64,000 bases of DNA from Paraspadella gotoi. Its lineage: Eukaryota > Animalia > Chaetognatha. The notes under the pieces were generated by a model that ran no database searches, had not been told where the DNA came from, and worked only from the letters and a program-made list of their open reading frames with translations. The translations under genes and the position numbers were made by a program. The stretch is from positions 9,556,538 through 9,620,537 of the forward strand of contig CM119266.1 of assembly GCA_051294375.1 (NCBI GenBank), in the 5' to 3' direction. Of the stretch, positions 1 to 12,566 are shown one piece after another. Numbering within the stretch: position 1 is the stretch's first letter; the number at the start of each line of letters is the position of its first letter.

Positions 1-513
1 GAAACTTGGACAGAGATTATAGGTTTTTATTTAAAATGACCTTAATATGGTATAAAACCAACAATATTATCACAATCCAGTTTATACTTAGATTAGCATA
101 TTCTGGCATTCGATTTTTAGCCAGCGGGAAGTTGTTAGCAAACTTTGGGGAAAAAAAGTTCTAAAACGTAACATGTAACTAATTTCTCACATTTGAGCCC
201 GAGGCATTCTTCATACCCCCCTCTAATAAGCAATATACTAAATTAGTTTTGCATAGATCTGTACTTTTTAAGGACTTTCCTGTCAAATGACATATAATAA
301 GTTTTATTAAATAATTAATTAGTTTAAAAGCTTGCAGTATAGCAAGATAGCTTATTTATTAAATGAATGGTTAATTTTTATATTGGTTGTACCACTTTCA
401 TAGTTTGTGTAATAAATTTTTACTTTGTGCCATTGCAATTGCTGGGGTGTGAATTTTATTGATTTCCTTCAAACAATTCAAGAGATATGCGATTATTTGT
501 GAAAATAATACAA

Positions 514-1249
514 TATGGCACAGCCGGGTTGCCTGTGATGCCCCTTGGGATGGGGCATCTCACTGTTGGCTTTGGGGGCTTCCGACCCTCAGTGACGCCT
601 CCAGTCACTGGCGCGGTTACCCTAGGACGGTCTCGCTTTGCCAACGCAGAGGGAAGTCGTTAGGACTGTGGATGGAACACTACGCCTGGGATGGTGTGTA
701 CCCCCTCTGAGCCAATGGATTTGGCTGAAGGATGATGGATGTGAGGCGGTGTGAATATACCGCCACAGGATCCGGGCCAAGACATCACTCAGGTTCCTCA
801 AGCCTGAGAGGTGTCTGACAAGACTTACCATAGTGGGAGAGAGAGATACAGCGCGAGTTGTGGGGGCATAGGCGTTTGTTGTAGCGTACCCCAGGGACAT
901 AGGCGTTTGTGTAGCGTACCCAAAGTCGGCAGGGCATAGGCGTTTGTCGTAGCGTACCCTGAGAAGGTTGCGTGTTCGATAGTAGGGCTCACCACTTATG
1001 GCAACAGCCGGGTTGCCTGTGAAGCCCCTTGGGATGGGGCATCTCACTGTTGGCTTTGGGGGCTTCCGACCCTCAGTGACGCCTCCAGTCACTGGCGCGG
1101 TTACCCTAGGATGGTCTCGCTTTGCCAACGCAGAGGGAAGTCGTTAGGACTGGATGGAACACTACGCCTGGGATGGTGTGTTCCCCCTCTGAGCCAATGG
1201 ATTTGGCTGAAGGATGATGGACGTGAGGCAGTGTGAATATACCGCCACA
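514..1249 (-). mobile_element. TRIM-like miniature LTR retroelement (two ~253 bp terminal direct repeats around a ~230 bp non-coding internal region)
   Basis: Near-identical direct repeats lie at 514-767 and 997-1249. On the minus strand each begins TGTGGC and ends GCCA(TA). Just inside the minus-strand 5' repeat is TGGTGAGCCCT (plus 984-994), which resembles a tRNA primer-binding site. No clear PPT or TSD. Confidence 0.7.
864..959. repeat. Three tandem ~32-bp units (GGCATAGGCGTTTGTyGTAGCGTACCC core) inside the TRIM-like element
   Basis: Directly visible repeated motif. Confidence 0.8.
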
Positions 1250-1553
1250 ATTTGATTCCGAACCCTCTATATCTGGTATTGAACTTCAGGTGCTGAAATC
1301 GATAAAAGTTTATATCGTGATATGTGCAACTGCAAAGCAAGAGATTTACGAACCAAATCCTACTTTGATCTGAAAAACATACCATTAGGTACGATATTGA
1401 CATTCTGACCAGAGTTGATTTTTAAATAAAATGGTTTGCTGCGTTAATTTTCATAAATATAATAATAATAATAACCTATTTTTTAAATAAACTAACATGG
1501 AATATTTATTTTTCCCCATTTTTAAATTATTAAGAAAATGATACAATTTGTAG

Positions 1554-4137
1554 ATGCATTCCAAACCGACAAAGAGAGGATAAGACTCCTGCAGAGCAAA
1601 GGTGTATCTGTCCTCAAGATTCAATTCCCACTCCGATTGCGCAACCTTTACCTCCAGAACAAATAAGCGAAGTCAAACCCTCAGAGATTAAACAATTCTA
1701 TAATAACATACCATTATGCACCTGCATTCCGGATTATAACCCAACTCAACATTTGCCAATAAATCATATGCCATCAAGAGCAGATATATTAAAAAGAGGC
1801 TCTATAGTAAAGGAACAATATGCTTCTAACCCAATTTATCAAAAACCTGAAAATTTACAACCACCATTACTCGCGCATAAAGAACTAAGTGAGGCACCGA
1901 CGGCTGCCGTGCCTATCGAGGAAAAACGAAAAGAAGAGCCATACTCAGAAAAGGTTACATTTACTCATGAGCCAAAAACAGAACCAATGACAAAAACATC
2001 GCGGCAAATAATCGAAGCACCTCAATTAGAGTCGATTATGAAAGAAACTCAGCCAGAACAAACAGCACCAGCAATAAAAAAAAAATCAGAGTTACCTTTG
2101 CACAAGCAGGAACCCAGACCCACACCACCAGAGCAACCTAAAGAACCTATCCCACCTCCAGCAAAATCGGATCATGCACTGCTTCAGCAGGAGCCCATTA
2201 CCACAGTATCTCAAAAGCAAGAACCTTCTGTACATTATCAGGAACAGATAAGTTCAGCACCAGAGATACTTCCAAAGCCAGCAATATTAAACGAGGAGCC
2301 AGTACTCGAACAACCAAAACAAGATCATGCAACACCCAGTCCTCAACAAGAGTACATTTTACCAGGACCTAAAGAAGAATTGTTATCAACAGTTCCAGAG
2401 CAAGAACCGCTAGTTACATCGCCAAAGACTGATAAAATATCTCCGACGCTTCAGCAAGAGCCAACCGCTTCCGCACCTGAACAAAATTCAGTAATACCTC
2501 AAGTATCAAAGCAAGAGCCAGAAGCTTTACCAGCAAAGCCAGACCCAAAAAATGATTTGGTACTTCATGCCCCCAACGAAGCGCCTGTGCCTCCTATACA
2601 AAAGCAAGAACAAGTATTTCCAGAACCAAAGCAAATACCAGTAGCTCCAGCACCAATGGAAGAGTATGTGACTCCATTACCGGAGCAAGAGCAGGGACCT
2701 ACAGTGCCAAAGCAAGAGCCGATAACTCCAACATCAATGCATGAACCAATACAAATAGAATCAAAGCAGGAGCCCATACTTATAGCACCAAAGCAAGAAT
2801 CATTACCAAAGCAGGAGACCATAATTCCAGGATCAAAAGAAGATCCAATAATTCCAGCACCAAAGCAAGAACCTTTAATTCAAGAACCGAAACAAAAGCC
2901 GATAATAGAGCAAGAACCGATACCATTAGCACCTAATTTAGAGACAATTCTTCCAGCAGCTAAAAATACTACAGCGCCCAAGCGAGAGACAACAGATGCT
3001 TCACAAAAGCAAGATACTCCAGCAACTGAGGTAAAACCAGAAATTGCACCTGAAAAAAAAACAGAAACTCCAAAAAATAAAAAAGAACCACTCCAAAATA
3101 AGTCACCTATACAGGAGGAAGAGCAAGCTCCTTTATTATCTTATACCCCAGAAACTCAACAGGAATCCCAAAATATCCCAAAACCGAATAAAGAATCAAT
3201 TCAACCAAAAAAAAGCGAATATATTCGAGAACCTACAAGCAAAAAAGAGCCTAGATTGCCCTCACCTTTACCATCAACCACTTCAATTAAAAAATCATAT
3301 TTTCCAAAAGAAAAATCCTTAGAAGACTTACCTAAAATACCTTCAAATAAAAAAGAAATCAAACCTTTACAAAACTTGCACGAACCCGATTCCCTGCCAA
3401 CACATACAAAGGCAAAACCCTATGAAACAATTGAAAAACCGAGCAAGGAAATAGCAGAGCATCTACCAACTTTACAAAAAGAAAAACCAATACCATTGAT
3501 AGGTAAACGGCCACTAGAAAATGTAAAAAAACCTCAACAGAAAGAAGCACAATATACCCCAAAAACAAGACCGAAGTATGAAAAACCATACAATCCATCA
3601 AAATATTCAGACAAAAGTTCAAGAAAAAGTAGCTCTGTCGCTCAATTGCATCATGAACCAAAGACTGAAAAAAAACCCGAAATTCATATTGAACCATTAT
3701 TTGATAAAGCTAGAAAAAGAAGGCCCATTTCGTTGTATGACATGCTGGAAAAACCAAGTCCTCCTGATCCACACCTCGGAAAGTTTTGGAGTTCGAAAGC
3801 AGAAAAGTGGAAAGAATGGTCTCCAGGAACCCGTAAAAGAGGTAGAAAACGCTGGCATCCAAAAATGCATTACACAAAGTTACCACAGAGAATAAGACAT
3901 GTGGTTGCAAAAAACTATTACAAAATGATGTTTCCACATGAGGTAGACGATAGGGATGATTATGAAAAGTCGTCCCTTAGTTTGAAATTAGAAAAGATAA
4001 AAGATCGCGAGAGACAAATGCTTGACGACTTTTTAGAAGAACATTGGAATAAGTATTTAAATGCAAGAAAAAGCATTTTGGCAGTTAAAGGAGAATGGAC
4101 AAGAGGATGGGAAAAAACCCCACCTTCAAGCAGGTAA
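1554..4137 (+). CDS. Large terminal exon of an uncharacterised Pro/Glu/Lys/Gln-rich repeat protein with a basic C-terminal region (5' end unresolved)
   Basis: The frame of the 794-aa ORF stays open back to a TTTGTAG acceptor at 1553. It has degenerate ~11-aa PKQEP repeats and CxC motifs near the N-terminus. Stop at 4137. Confidence 0.75.
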
Positions 4138-4422
4138 AATTTACTAAATATAACATTTTATGTTTCTTTTATGTATTATTATTTATATCAGAAAAAAAAT
4201 ATTAGTCTTAAATCAGATTTTTTTACATTCAGCTTTGCGGTAGAGTACTTGATTTAAAAAAATCTTTGCTACTAAACGAATGGCCCTATTTGAATAAAAT
4301 TTATGCCAAACTTATCATCTTTCAATAAACTTTAAATAACTTTTAAAATTTTATTAAAAATTCAAGTAAAGTCTGAAATAGAGTGGCGTGTTTTTTTTTG
4401 TTTTTTTTTCACAGGTCTGTAT

Positions 4423-5750
4423 AACAAGTTTGAGCAAACAACGCCGGATCTGCACGCGGGCATTTAGCGGTAAGCAGCGAATCTGATAAGTTATGATTAT
4501 TGATTAATCTTGTAATTTTTTTTTATTTATTGATGGATAAATTTATTGAATAATTGATTAATTAATCAATTCGCAATTAATTTAGAAAAAAAGTATAATT
4601 AAATAGTGAAACAGGTTTTTTTTGTTTTTTCGCTTTAAACTTATTTCCACTCAGATTATATCATCGAAAATTTAAATCCAGGTCAATCACACACTTTCGT
4701 ACCCACACACAAAATTTCATTTTAATCTATCCATGCGATTATGAGTTAAAATTAATAACAAGATTCAACTAAATTAGCGGTAGCCGACCAAATTCAAATT
4801 TTAATGGGAACAGTATTAAACGAATCCATTATTGTTATTGTTTTAAAATATTTTTTTCAAAAATGTTCCGAACCATAAGTAATTCACTAATCAAAATTAT
4901 TATTTTACTATATAATGTGAAAACTTTTTTTTGATATTTTAAGTTTTTTTAATTGATTCTGATAGAGCTCAAAAAGTTAGGCAAAAAATGTAATTGCAAC
5001 TTCTTAAAATTTTGATGTTTTATTACTGAAAATAAGCAAAAACTACTAAAATCATCGGATGATGATGATTTTTTCAATTTTGACCTACTTGTCATCAAAA
5101 TATTGAAAAAAGAATTATACTTTGTGTAAACAACTTTTTATAAGCTATTTGAATCAACTTTTAAAAATACAAAATTCACAAAAAAATTTTGACCTTTCCT
5201 ATCTATAAATAAATATTAAAAAATTAATTACTAGTGATTCTAACTATTTTCGAAAATTTTGGTCCATTGAAAGTTTTCTCAGAAATGTATGAAGTTTCAT
5301 TTGGGAAGGTTCCCAAATCAAACTTCTGACCCACCCCGTTGACAAAGTTTGGCTCTAACTAAATGTGACTTATGTTTTTTTTCCATTAAAACTCATTTTT
5401 ACTATATCCAGCTCAATCGCACACAAAAAATTTAATTCCAATCCATCCATCAAATTAGGAGTAATTAGAGTTTTTTTCTAAAGGGGGAAGGACATACAGA
5501 CACAGACATACGGACGGATATTTTTTTTTTACAATATTTAGCTTAGAGAAAGTTTGATTTTACCAAAACATGTCCATTAATAATAAAAAAAAATCGTGGT
5601 TCAAAATTTCTCTAAGTGACAAACACAACGAAAGAAAGGATTTTCATAACAATATTTATCATAATTCAATGTTCTGACATGTTCTATGTGAATGACAGAC
5701 AAGATTGAGAGGCGGACCGACAAAGTGGATTATAGATTCGGGACTAAAAA
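4423..5750. mobile_element. Non-autonomous Helentron/DINE-1-like (HINE) element, composite copy
   Basis: Shares both ends with 31489-32114: AACAAGTTTGAGCAAACAA..CGGATCTGC and GGACCGACAAAGTG(G/A)ATTATAGA. Has a GACA/GGAC microsatellite at ~5490-5520. Confidence 0.65.
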
Positions 5751-6370
5751 TTTTAACAATATTTTATAGTAATTAAAACAAAAAAAATAAATGAAAATAA
5801 GTGAAATTTAAATGATAATGTATACAGCATTAAAATAATCTATCATGACCATAGATTATGGTATTAAAATATTTTTTGTCAAATATGCTTTCTTCTGAGG
5901 TTACTAGCCTAATTAAAAATATTATATTACTATATAGAGCAAAAAAATTTTTTTGAAAATCTTAAAATTTTTTGATGAATTCTGATAGAGCATAAAAAGT
6001 TAAACAAGAAATATAATTATAGCTTTTAAAAATTCTTACGTTTTTTAAGTGAAAAAAAAAAGATAAAATCATCGAAAGATGATGATGATGATGATTTTTT
6101 ACAGTTTTTCTTTTCTTGACACACTTATCGTAAAAATATTTAAAAAAGAATTACACTTTGTGCAGACAACTTTTTATGAGCTATCTGATATTCAAATTTT
6201 AAAAAAAATTTAAACAATTTTGGCCTTTCCTATCTATAAATAAATATTAAAAAATTAATTACTAGGGTATAGAGCCATATTAAAAATTTTTTGTCCATTG
6301 AAAGTATTCTTAAAAATGTCTAAATATTCGTTTCAGCATGTACTCACTCTAAATTTTTGACTCACCGCAT
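4920..6370. repeat. Diverged direct duplication (~4920-5350 versus ~5940-6370), probably transposon-derived
   Basis: Shared blocks TTCTGATAGAGC..AAAAAGTTA, GATGATGATGATTTTTT and CCTTTCCTATCTATAAATAAATATTAAAAAATTAATTACTAG. Confidence 0.75.
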
Positions 6371-6451
6371 TGAGTGCAGCTACCCCTACCAAAAGACATA
6401 TTTATTTGAATTTTTAAAAATTTCTTTCTATCTTTCTCTGATTGATTAATT

Positions 6452-6725
6452 GATTGAGCAAATTATGCCAGTTGACCAAATTATGCCAGTCTACCAAATT
6501 ACGTCAATTGACCAAATTATGCCAGTCTACCAAATTACGTCAATTGACCAAATTATGCCAGTTGACAACATTTTGCAAGTTGACTAAATTATGCAAAATT
6601 AGCAAATTATTCAAGTGACCAACTTCTTCAAGTTGACCAAATTCTGCCAGTTGACCAAATTCTGCCAGTTGACCAAATTATGCAAGTTGATCAAATTATT
6701 CAAGTTAACTAAATTATGCAAGTTG
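6452..6725. repeat. 18-bp minisatellite (TTGACCAAATTATGCCAG)n, about 15 degenerate units
   Basis: Head-to-tail units with no spacers. Confidence 0.9.
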
Positions 6726-6869
6726 GTATTGACGCATTGATTGATATATCAATTGATTTATAGATTTTTTCATAGATTTATTAAAAAGTCTGTTATGTTT
6801 TGTTATGTTACGATTTGTTATGATCTGTTAAGATCATAAATTGAAAGTCAGAAAATATTACCGTAATTT

Positions 6870-7090
6870 ATCATCGGATTAGCTTATTACCGCTTATTTA
6901 TCGTAGGCAGATCCGACATTGTTTGCTCAAACTTGTTTTAATTTGCGTCAAAATCATTTTCCACTTTGTCTCCCCTCTCAATCACAAAACAACAATCTCG
7001 ATCACAAAATTAATTAATGAATCAATTACCGACGGACCGACAAAGTTAATTATAGAACCGGAATCTGCTGTAAGCAGATCCGGCTCAAAA
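6870..7090. mobile_element. HINE terminal fragments: inverted copy of one end (to 6937) and a copy of the other end (7034-7090)
   Basis: GCAGATCCGACATTGTTTGCTCAAACTTGTT is the reverse complement of the 4423/31489 ends. GGACCGACAAAG..ATCTGCTGTAAGCAGATCC matches the palindrome at ~32085-32108. Confidence 0.7.
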
Positions 7091-7364
7091 TAAAAAATAA
7101 CCGAGTGGGTCGGTTCCGGTCAGCGAAAGAAAAGTAGTGCCTAAATATTTAGCTTCTTACAATTACACAGTTACAATTACACACTTACCATATACAATTG
7201 TAAAAAAGCGTGACGACGACGACGAGATAAAAACAGACTTTGCCGAAATACGTGCAACTCTCAGTTAAATTACTTGGTTTTGATAACTGGAAATTAATTT
7301 ATCGGATAGAAGCCATTCTTCGGACGGTCGTTTTTGGAAAGACCTTGGCGCTGGGGAGTCGAAT

Positions 7365-7709
7365 ATGGCGAGCGCAAATTCAAATTACGAAAGCGACATG
7401 GACACCTTGAGGTTATTTTGAAATTTCACTTAGAAAAATATAATAAGGGATTAAGTTTAACTTTCAATTTTTAGCACAAGCTCGTTAACAGAAGAATTCG
7501 ATCCGAACTTAATTTCGCGTGCATCTCGAACCGTGAGCTCGCCCAACACCCGCAAAAGAGCAGAAAATCACGTCATCGACATGCGACGTATCAAGTCAAC
7601 CGGAACTAAAAATGGCAATGAAGAAGTCGGCGAAAGATTCGACAAAAACTCATCTGGGAGATATACCAGATATACATTTTCCCCAGGAGGTTACGCCGAA
7701 GTAATTTGA
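7365..7709 (+). CDS. Putative small two-exon gene, 93 aa (MASANSNYESDMDTLS...YAEVI), unknown function
   Basis: ATG at 7365, GT..TTTTAG intron 7412-7474, frame preserved after splicing, TGA at 7707-7709. More GC-rich than its flanks. Confidence 0.5.
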
Positions 7710-7858
7710 ATCATTTGTTTTTATAGTACTTATAAATATAAGATACCGTTTCAATTGAATAAGCTCTCAATCAAGAACTATTTACAGTAGTCTATTATTA
7801 TTCTCTTCGAATATAAAAAAGAATGCATTTGTATCTTGCATAAAGGGTTATCACTGAC

Positions 7859-8544
7859 CTATGAAAGCAATATAGGGCATCGGGAGGGTTCCAATGGTAT
7901 AGTCTAAAGTGTATTCCTCTTTGAAGAACTGCTTGTGTAAAGTTCCTCCAGTTTTCAGCGAATCAGTGAGAGAACGAATATCACCGCCCGCACAAAAGGA
8001 TTTTTCACCGGCACCTATAGAAATTACGTAATATATTTTCATTATTCTAGCGAGCGTTTCGCGAAACTTTTAAAAGCTCCGGAATTTTGTAGACTTAAGT
8101 AAAATAATAGTATGAAATAGAGTATAGTATAGAGTGGATCAGTTCTTCAATTGTTAGATAAGCAATAAGCAATCAGAAGACAAACCTTTCATAATGATTA
8201 ACTGAAGGCTATCATCTTTCCACTTATTTAACTGCTGCGTGATGAGACGCACCATATTCAAGTTAAGGGCGTTCAAAACCTAGAAACGACGAGGTTGCTG
8301 AACTTTTAATGTATAATGAAAAAATGAAAAAAAATTGTAGAGAAAGTCGAAAAATAACCTTGGGACGGTTTAAAGTAATAATTCCCGTCGATCCGACAGT
8401 TTCAAACAGAACTTCAGTATTGGTGGTCATATTGCGGCGAAATATAAGAGCTCTTGAATGAAATGAAAAACTTTCGAGATTAAGTCTATTGTTCGTTCGA
8501 AAGCCAGAAGCAAAAGACTTTGAGATAAGGGCGATAGTATTCAT
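7859..8544 (-). CDS. HIBCH: 3-hydroxyisobutyryl-CoA hydrolase, mitochondrial (first three exons only)
   Basis: Exons ~8544-8359, 8279-8186 and 8014-7859 give ITLNRPK-VLNAL, GAGEKSFCAGGDIR and FFKEEYTLDY. The N-terminus looks like a transit peptide. Downstream exons were not found in the window. Confidence 0.88.
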
Positions 8545-8810
8545 TCTGCACTGAAAACAATCTTGGAGAAAAAAAATCTTCGAAATGATTGAGAAAAATA
8601 AACTTCGGAACCACCGGATCGATCAAACTTAGAATCAAATTTGAAACAGGAAACTAACAGAAACAACTTAAGATTGTTCGTCAAAGAGTGAACCGTTCTT
8701 TTTATAATCCATTTAACATTCGATTAACGAAACTAATGGAAAAACAAAGTCAAAGAGATAAAAATAAATCTACGAACAAAAATGTTAAACTTATCACCTG
8801 AGAATTAATT

Positions 8811-10266
8811 TCAACTAGATACAACCGCTCGACGATTAACTCCTTCGTCCCGGTCGTCGTCTTTGAACCGGATCGTGGCTAAATCTCCTCCGCCCTCAAG
8901 CTGGAGGAGCATCCTAGTCCTGTCCAGGCGATCCCGTCGACTCTCGAGCATGGGGATGCGGGCGGCAGGAAAATGAGTCTGGTTCAGCGGCCTTGCCAGG
9001 AGAACGGCTGATCGAAGCGAGAGAAAACTTTGGACTCATGGCCGAAGGAAACAAGCGAGGGCGAGCAAAGGCGGAACGGGGAGCCGTGGAAATAACCGGG
9101 TTCTCGAGTAATCCCATTCTGAAGGCCATCGAGAGGTAGGGAGATCCTTGAACTCCATAGAAATCGACGAACGAAGCCGAAGGAACGCTCTGTTTAGTTA
9201 CACCATGAGTCTCCTGTGAGCGTTTTCAAATAATCGTCGGTACGAAAACAAGTTTAAAATTTAACAACAAAAATTCTTCCTCTCTCACCCGAACACGTGA
9301 AACGTGTTTCGATTCAGAACCAGTGACGCCCTCTTCCCCTTTCTCCAATCCTAGTTCTAGTTTGTTTTTGTCTTTCGTCTCTCTTTTCTTCCTCTTCTCC
9401 TTTTTCTTCTTCTCTTTCTCATTCTCTTCGATCCTCTTCCCGATTGATTCCATCAAGAGTCGATTGGCGATTCGATCCTGCACCTTTCGGATGGAAGGGA
9501 TCGTCTGCAACGCGGGATCGTCGCGGATCGCTTTGGCGCGTTGACGAGAGAAGGCGATGCTGGGGTCGACGTAGGGACGAGCGGCGACGGCGGAAAAATC
9601 GATCGAACCGTTAGTCGAGGCTTCTTCGGACCATCGTTCCGCCTCGACGACCTTGAGAGAACGAAAGCGGAAACGAGTTTTCCACGTGGGATTAACGTTT
9701 CAACGACCTGCGGCGATCGCTCGATCAACTTACATCCGGGTTGAGATTATCCGAGGCTCGAAAAGGCGGAGGGGCCAAGTTGCCCTTGACCTGATCAAAA
9801 GGCGAGACGATACGGAGTCCGACCTCGTCCCGTTCGACGACGAGGTCAGGGTCGACAAGCGCCCGATCCGGACAATTAGAAATGTGGGTCAAATAAGATT
9901 CGGGATCGACGTCGTGGAGTGAACTGACGAACGGGAATCGACAAAATCAATTTGTAATCTTTGTTTAATCTAACCGAGGCAAATTAGGACAAATCTGGCT
10001 AGTTTATTACTTGAAAGGACATGTCTTCAGCTCCAAACCCATATCTCCAAAAAGTTTACGGCATCGACGCAAGTGAAAAGGAAACCTTTTGGCCGTCATT
10101 CGATGAGCTGAATATTTAAATAAACAATTTGAGGAAATGATACTTAACTAAACTTAATCGAATTAACTGAGTGCTCACCAGTGCTGTAAGGACACACGAC
10201 TATCGAATCGGGATCTAAACTTTGTCTCGCAAATATATCTTCTGGCATGTCCATCGACGAAAACAT
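8811..10266 (-). CDS. GTSF1: Gametocyte-specific factor 1 / Asterix-like double CHHC zinc-finger protein (3' end uncertain)
   Basis: Spliced exons 10266-10179, 10107-10011, 9923-9734 and 9651 onward give CPYSTAHRMTAKRFPFHLRRC and CPFNSLHDVDPESYLTHISNCPDR (two CHHC fingers), then VKGN..PP..W and a Lys/Glu-rich tail. Confidence 0.8.
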
Positions 10267-10424
10267 ATTGAATTTAATATGAACAACTGTGTCTGTAATT
10301 AAGCAAGTTTCGATCACAAAAAACCAATATATTCTCAAATCAGTATTAAATTATAAACGCATAACAAAATTTCATAATAATTTTAAGATAAAAGCACTGT
10401 CAATAGTTTAAACAAAAAAACTTT

Positions 10425-11990
10425 TCACAATTTGACAGATTTCGTGATGCTGGTATCAATATGAAATTTCTTTTTGGACGGATCTAATTGATCGGCGATG
10501 GGCGAAAACCCGAGCCCGACCTTTCCCTTTCCGAGTCCGCCCATGGCCTTCTTGAACTGTTCTTCCAATTTATGGTTCAACGTTTCGGCGTCCTTCTTTC
10601 CCAACGCCAGGATGCCTTTGTCGCCCACCGGATCGTTGCCCACCGAGGATACGCTTCTGAGGGAGAAAAAAAAAATAGATTGACGCTTGAAAATGTGTCG
10701 GCGTTCATCGTACATTGCATTCAAAATTTTACATTCATTTCTTACTTACCCTTTATTGTCACGAAAAGAGAGCGGAGAGCCGGATTGATTCTTCAGCCCG
10801 CCGAGAAGTCGGAAAAACTTGTTCGTCTTTTCGGTCGAGCTCAATTCCACGTTGGCCCACTGGCCGAGACTGGCCTTTCCGAGAGGAGTGGAAGCGGCGG
10901 CGGGGGCGAGAACGGAGGGGCGCCGCTCGGTTACGACGGGGGTTCCGTCAGAGTCCAAAGATTTTTTCTTCTTTTTTTTTAATTTCTCCTTGAGTTCGTT
11001 CATCACGGAGGAGCGAGGGTCTAGCTGCTGGGGAGGAGCTTTTTTCTCGGAGAGAGCCGTCGAAGTTTTCGTCGCCACCGAATCCGCCGCTTTGCCAACG
11101 TCAATTGCCGCGCGTTTCTTTTTCTTTCTTTCCGCCGGGACCGGCGTAGGTCCCGGCGATTCCACCGACTCTTTCGCCTCCGTCGGCACCGGCGGAGCTT
11201 TCTTCTTCTTTTTCTTCTTTGTCTTCGCATGGGAGTCGATGACGGGGCGGGCGGGCGGTTGGACGTCGCCGCCGGTGAAAGACATGAGGCAGGAAACGTC
11301 CGTCGAGTCCACGGATTCCTGAGACGTGCAGAGTACGGACGGGTCAACGGCGGAAGACTCGTGGCGGACGTCGATTCCATTTTCCTTCGCGATTTCGTTA
11401 TCCTTTTTAGACTTTTTCTTCTTCTTCTTCTTCTTCTTCTTCTCGTCCCCGACGGGATCCTCGCCGCTTCGGTCGGCGTAGTAAACAGAGTTTTCCGAAG
11501 CTTCTTCCGTTTTGCGTCTCTTCGCGCTCTTGACGTCGCCGACGGATTTGCGCTTTTTTCTTTTCTCCGTGACCGCCTTTGTCGGCTCCGTCGAAGTCGA
11601 CGGTTTGTCGTCTTCGATTTCCCAAACGCAAAATGAATTTTCCGCCCCGACGGACTCGTTTCGCTGGCGAGCCTCTTTGCCTTTGGGCCCGACCTCGGCT
11701 AACTTTTGATCGAGGCGTTCTTTCTTCTTTCTCTTTTCCGTCTTATCGTTTCTTTCCATGAGGCGTTTGAGGCGGTTTTTCTTCTTCTTCTTTTCTTTCT
11801 TTTCAGCCGGCGTCGCGACGCGGATTGAAGCTTCTTTAGCGTCTTTAGTTTTCTTTTTCTTTTTCTTAGATACGGTTTCTTTCGAATCGTCGCTCGACGA
11901 CGGAACGTCCACGCAGCCCAGCATCATTTTCCTCATCTTTTTCTTTTTTTTCTTCCTCTCGTCATCGGGGGTGTCAGGGTCAGGAATCAT
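10425..11990 (-). CDS. KNOP1: Lysine-rich nucleolar protein 1-like (C-terminal SMAP domain)
   Basis: Poly-Lys tracts. C-terminal GQWANVELSSTEKTNKFFRLLGG...LEEQFKKAM...GLGF. Intron 10749-10657. Confidence 0.75.
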
Positions 11991-12566
11991 CGCACTCTTC
12001 GTTTTCTTTATTTCTGTACCAGGGTGATAGGCAATTTTTTTTTTGTACGAGTTAACAAAAAGTAAGAAGAAAAATGATGAAGCTCGGTTTTATTCCTTTT
12101 ATTCAATGAATAATTCGCAGGTCGTTCGGTTTCAAAAATAATAAATGGCTAAAGATTCGAGGGCTAAATGTGCTTCGGATGTGGGCACAATAACGGGTAG
12201 CAACCAACCTTCGTAATTCATTAAAATTGGACAATTTCCATTACAACGAACAGATGAGCAAATTAAAAAAAAAATATCGTTCGGACCTTTTTATGATATA
12301 GTTTTCGAATAGTTACGTCTCAAGCGTTACAATCTACATCTCTCACTCATACAATAACATGTAAAATTAATTATCTGATCCTAAATTAAATCGAGACATG
12401 ACGTTAATAACGTTAAAAAAAAAACCACAAACTAGTTTTTATTTAAATCATGCATGCTAATTGAAAAGGAGAAAAAACGTGGCGGACGAAAATATGTAAA
12501 AATGTTTGTCTTTGTAGTTATTTTGGTTCCGACGGTTGATATCGGCTAAGAGGTGGCGATAAGTAC

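Noticed and set aside
1290-1388. Upstream exon of the PKQEP-repeat gene
   Set aside because: It has plausible AG/GT ends, but its only open frame joins 1554 out of frame with the long ORF, so it is left unassigned.
456-1403. Short ORFs (456-644, 459-710, 622-1128, 1101-1403) as genes
   Set aside because: They are translations of the duplicated terminal repeats, with no gag/pol or other recognisable motif.
6452-6725. CRISPR array
   Set aside because: The 18-bp units are contiguous with no unique spacers, there are no cas genes, and the context is eukaryotic. It is a minisatellite.
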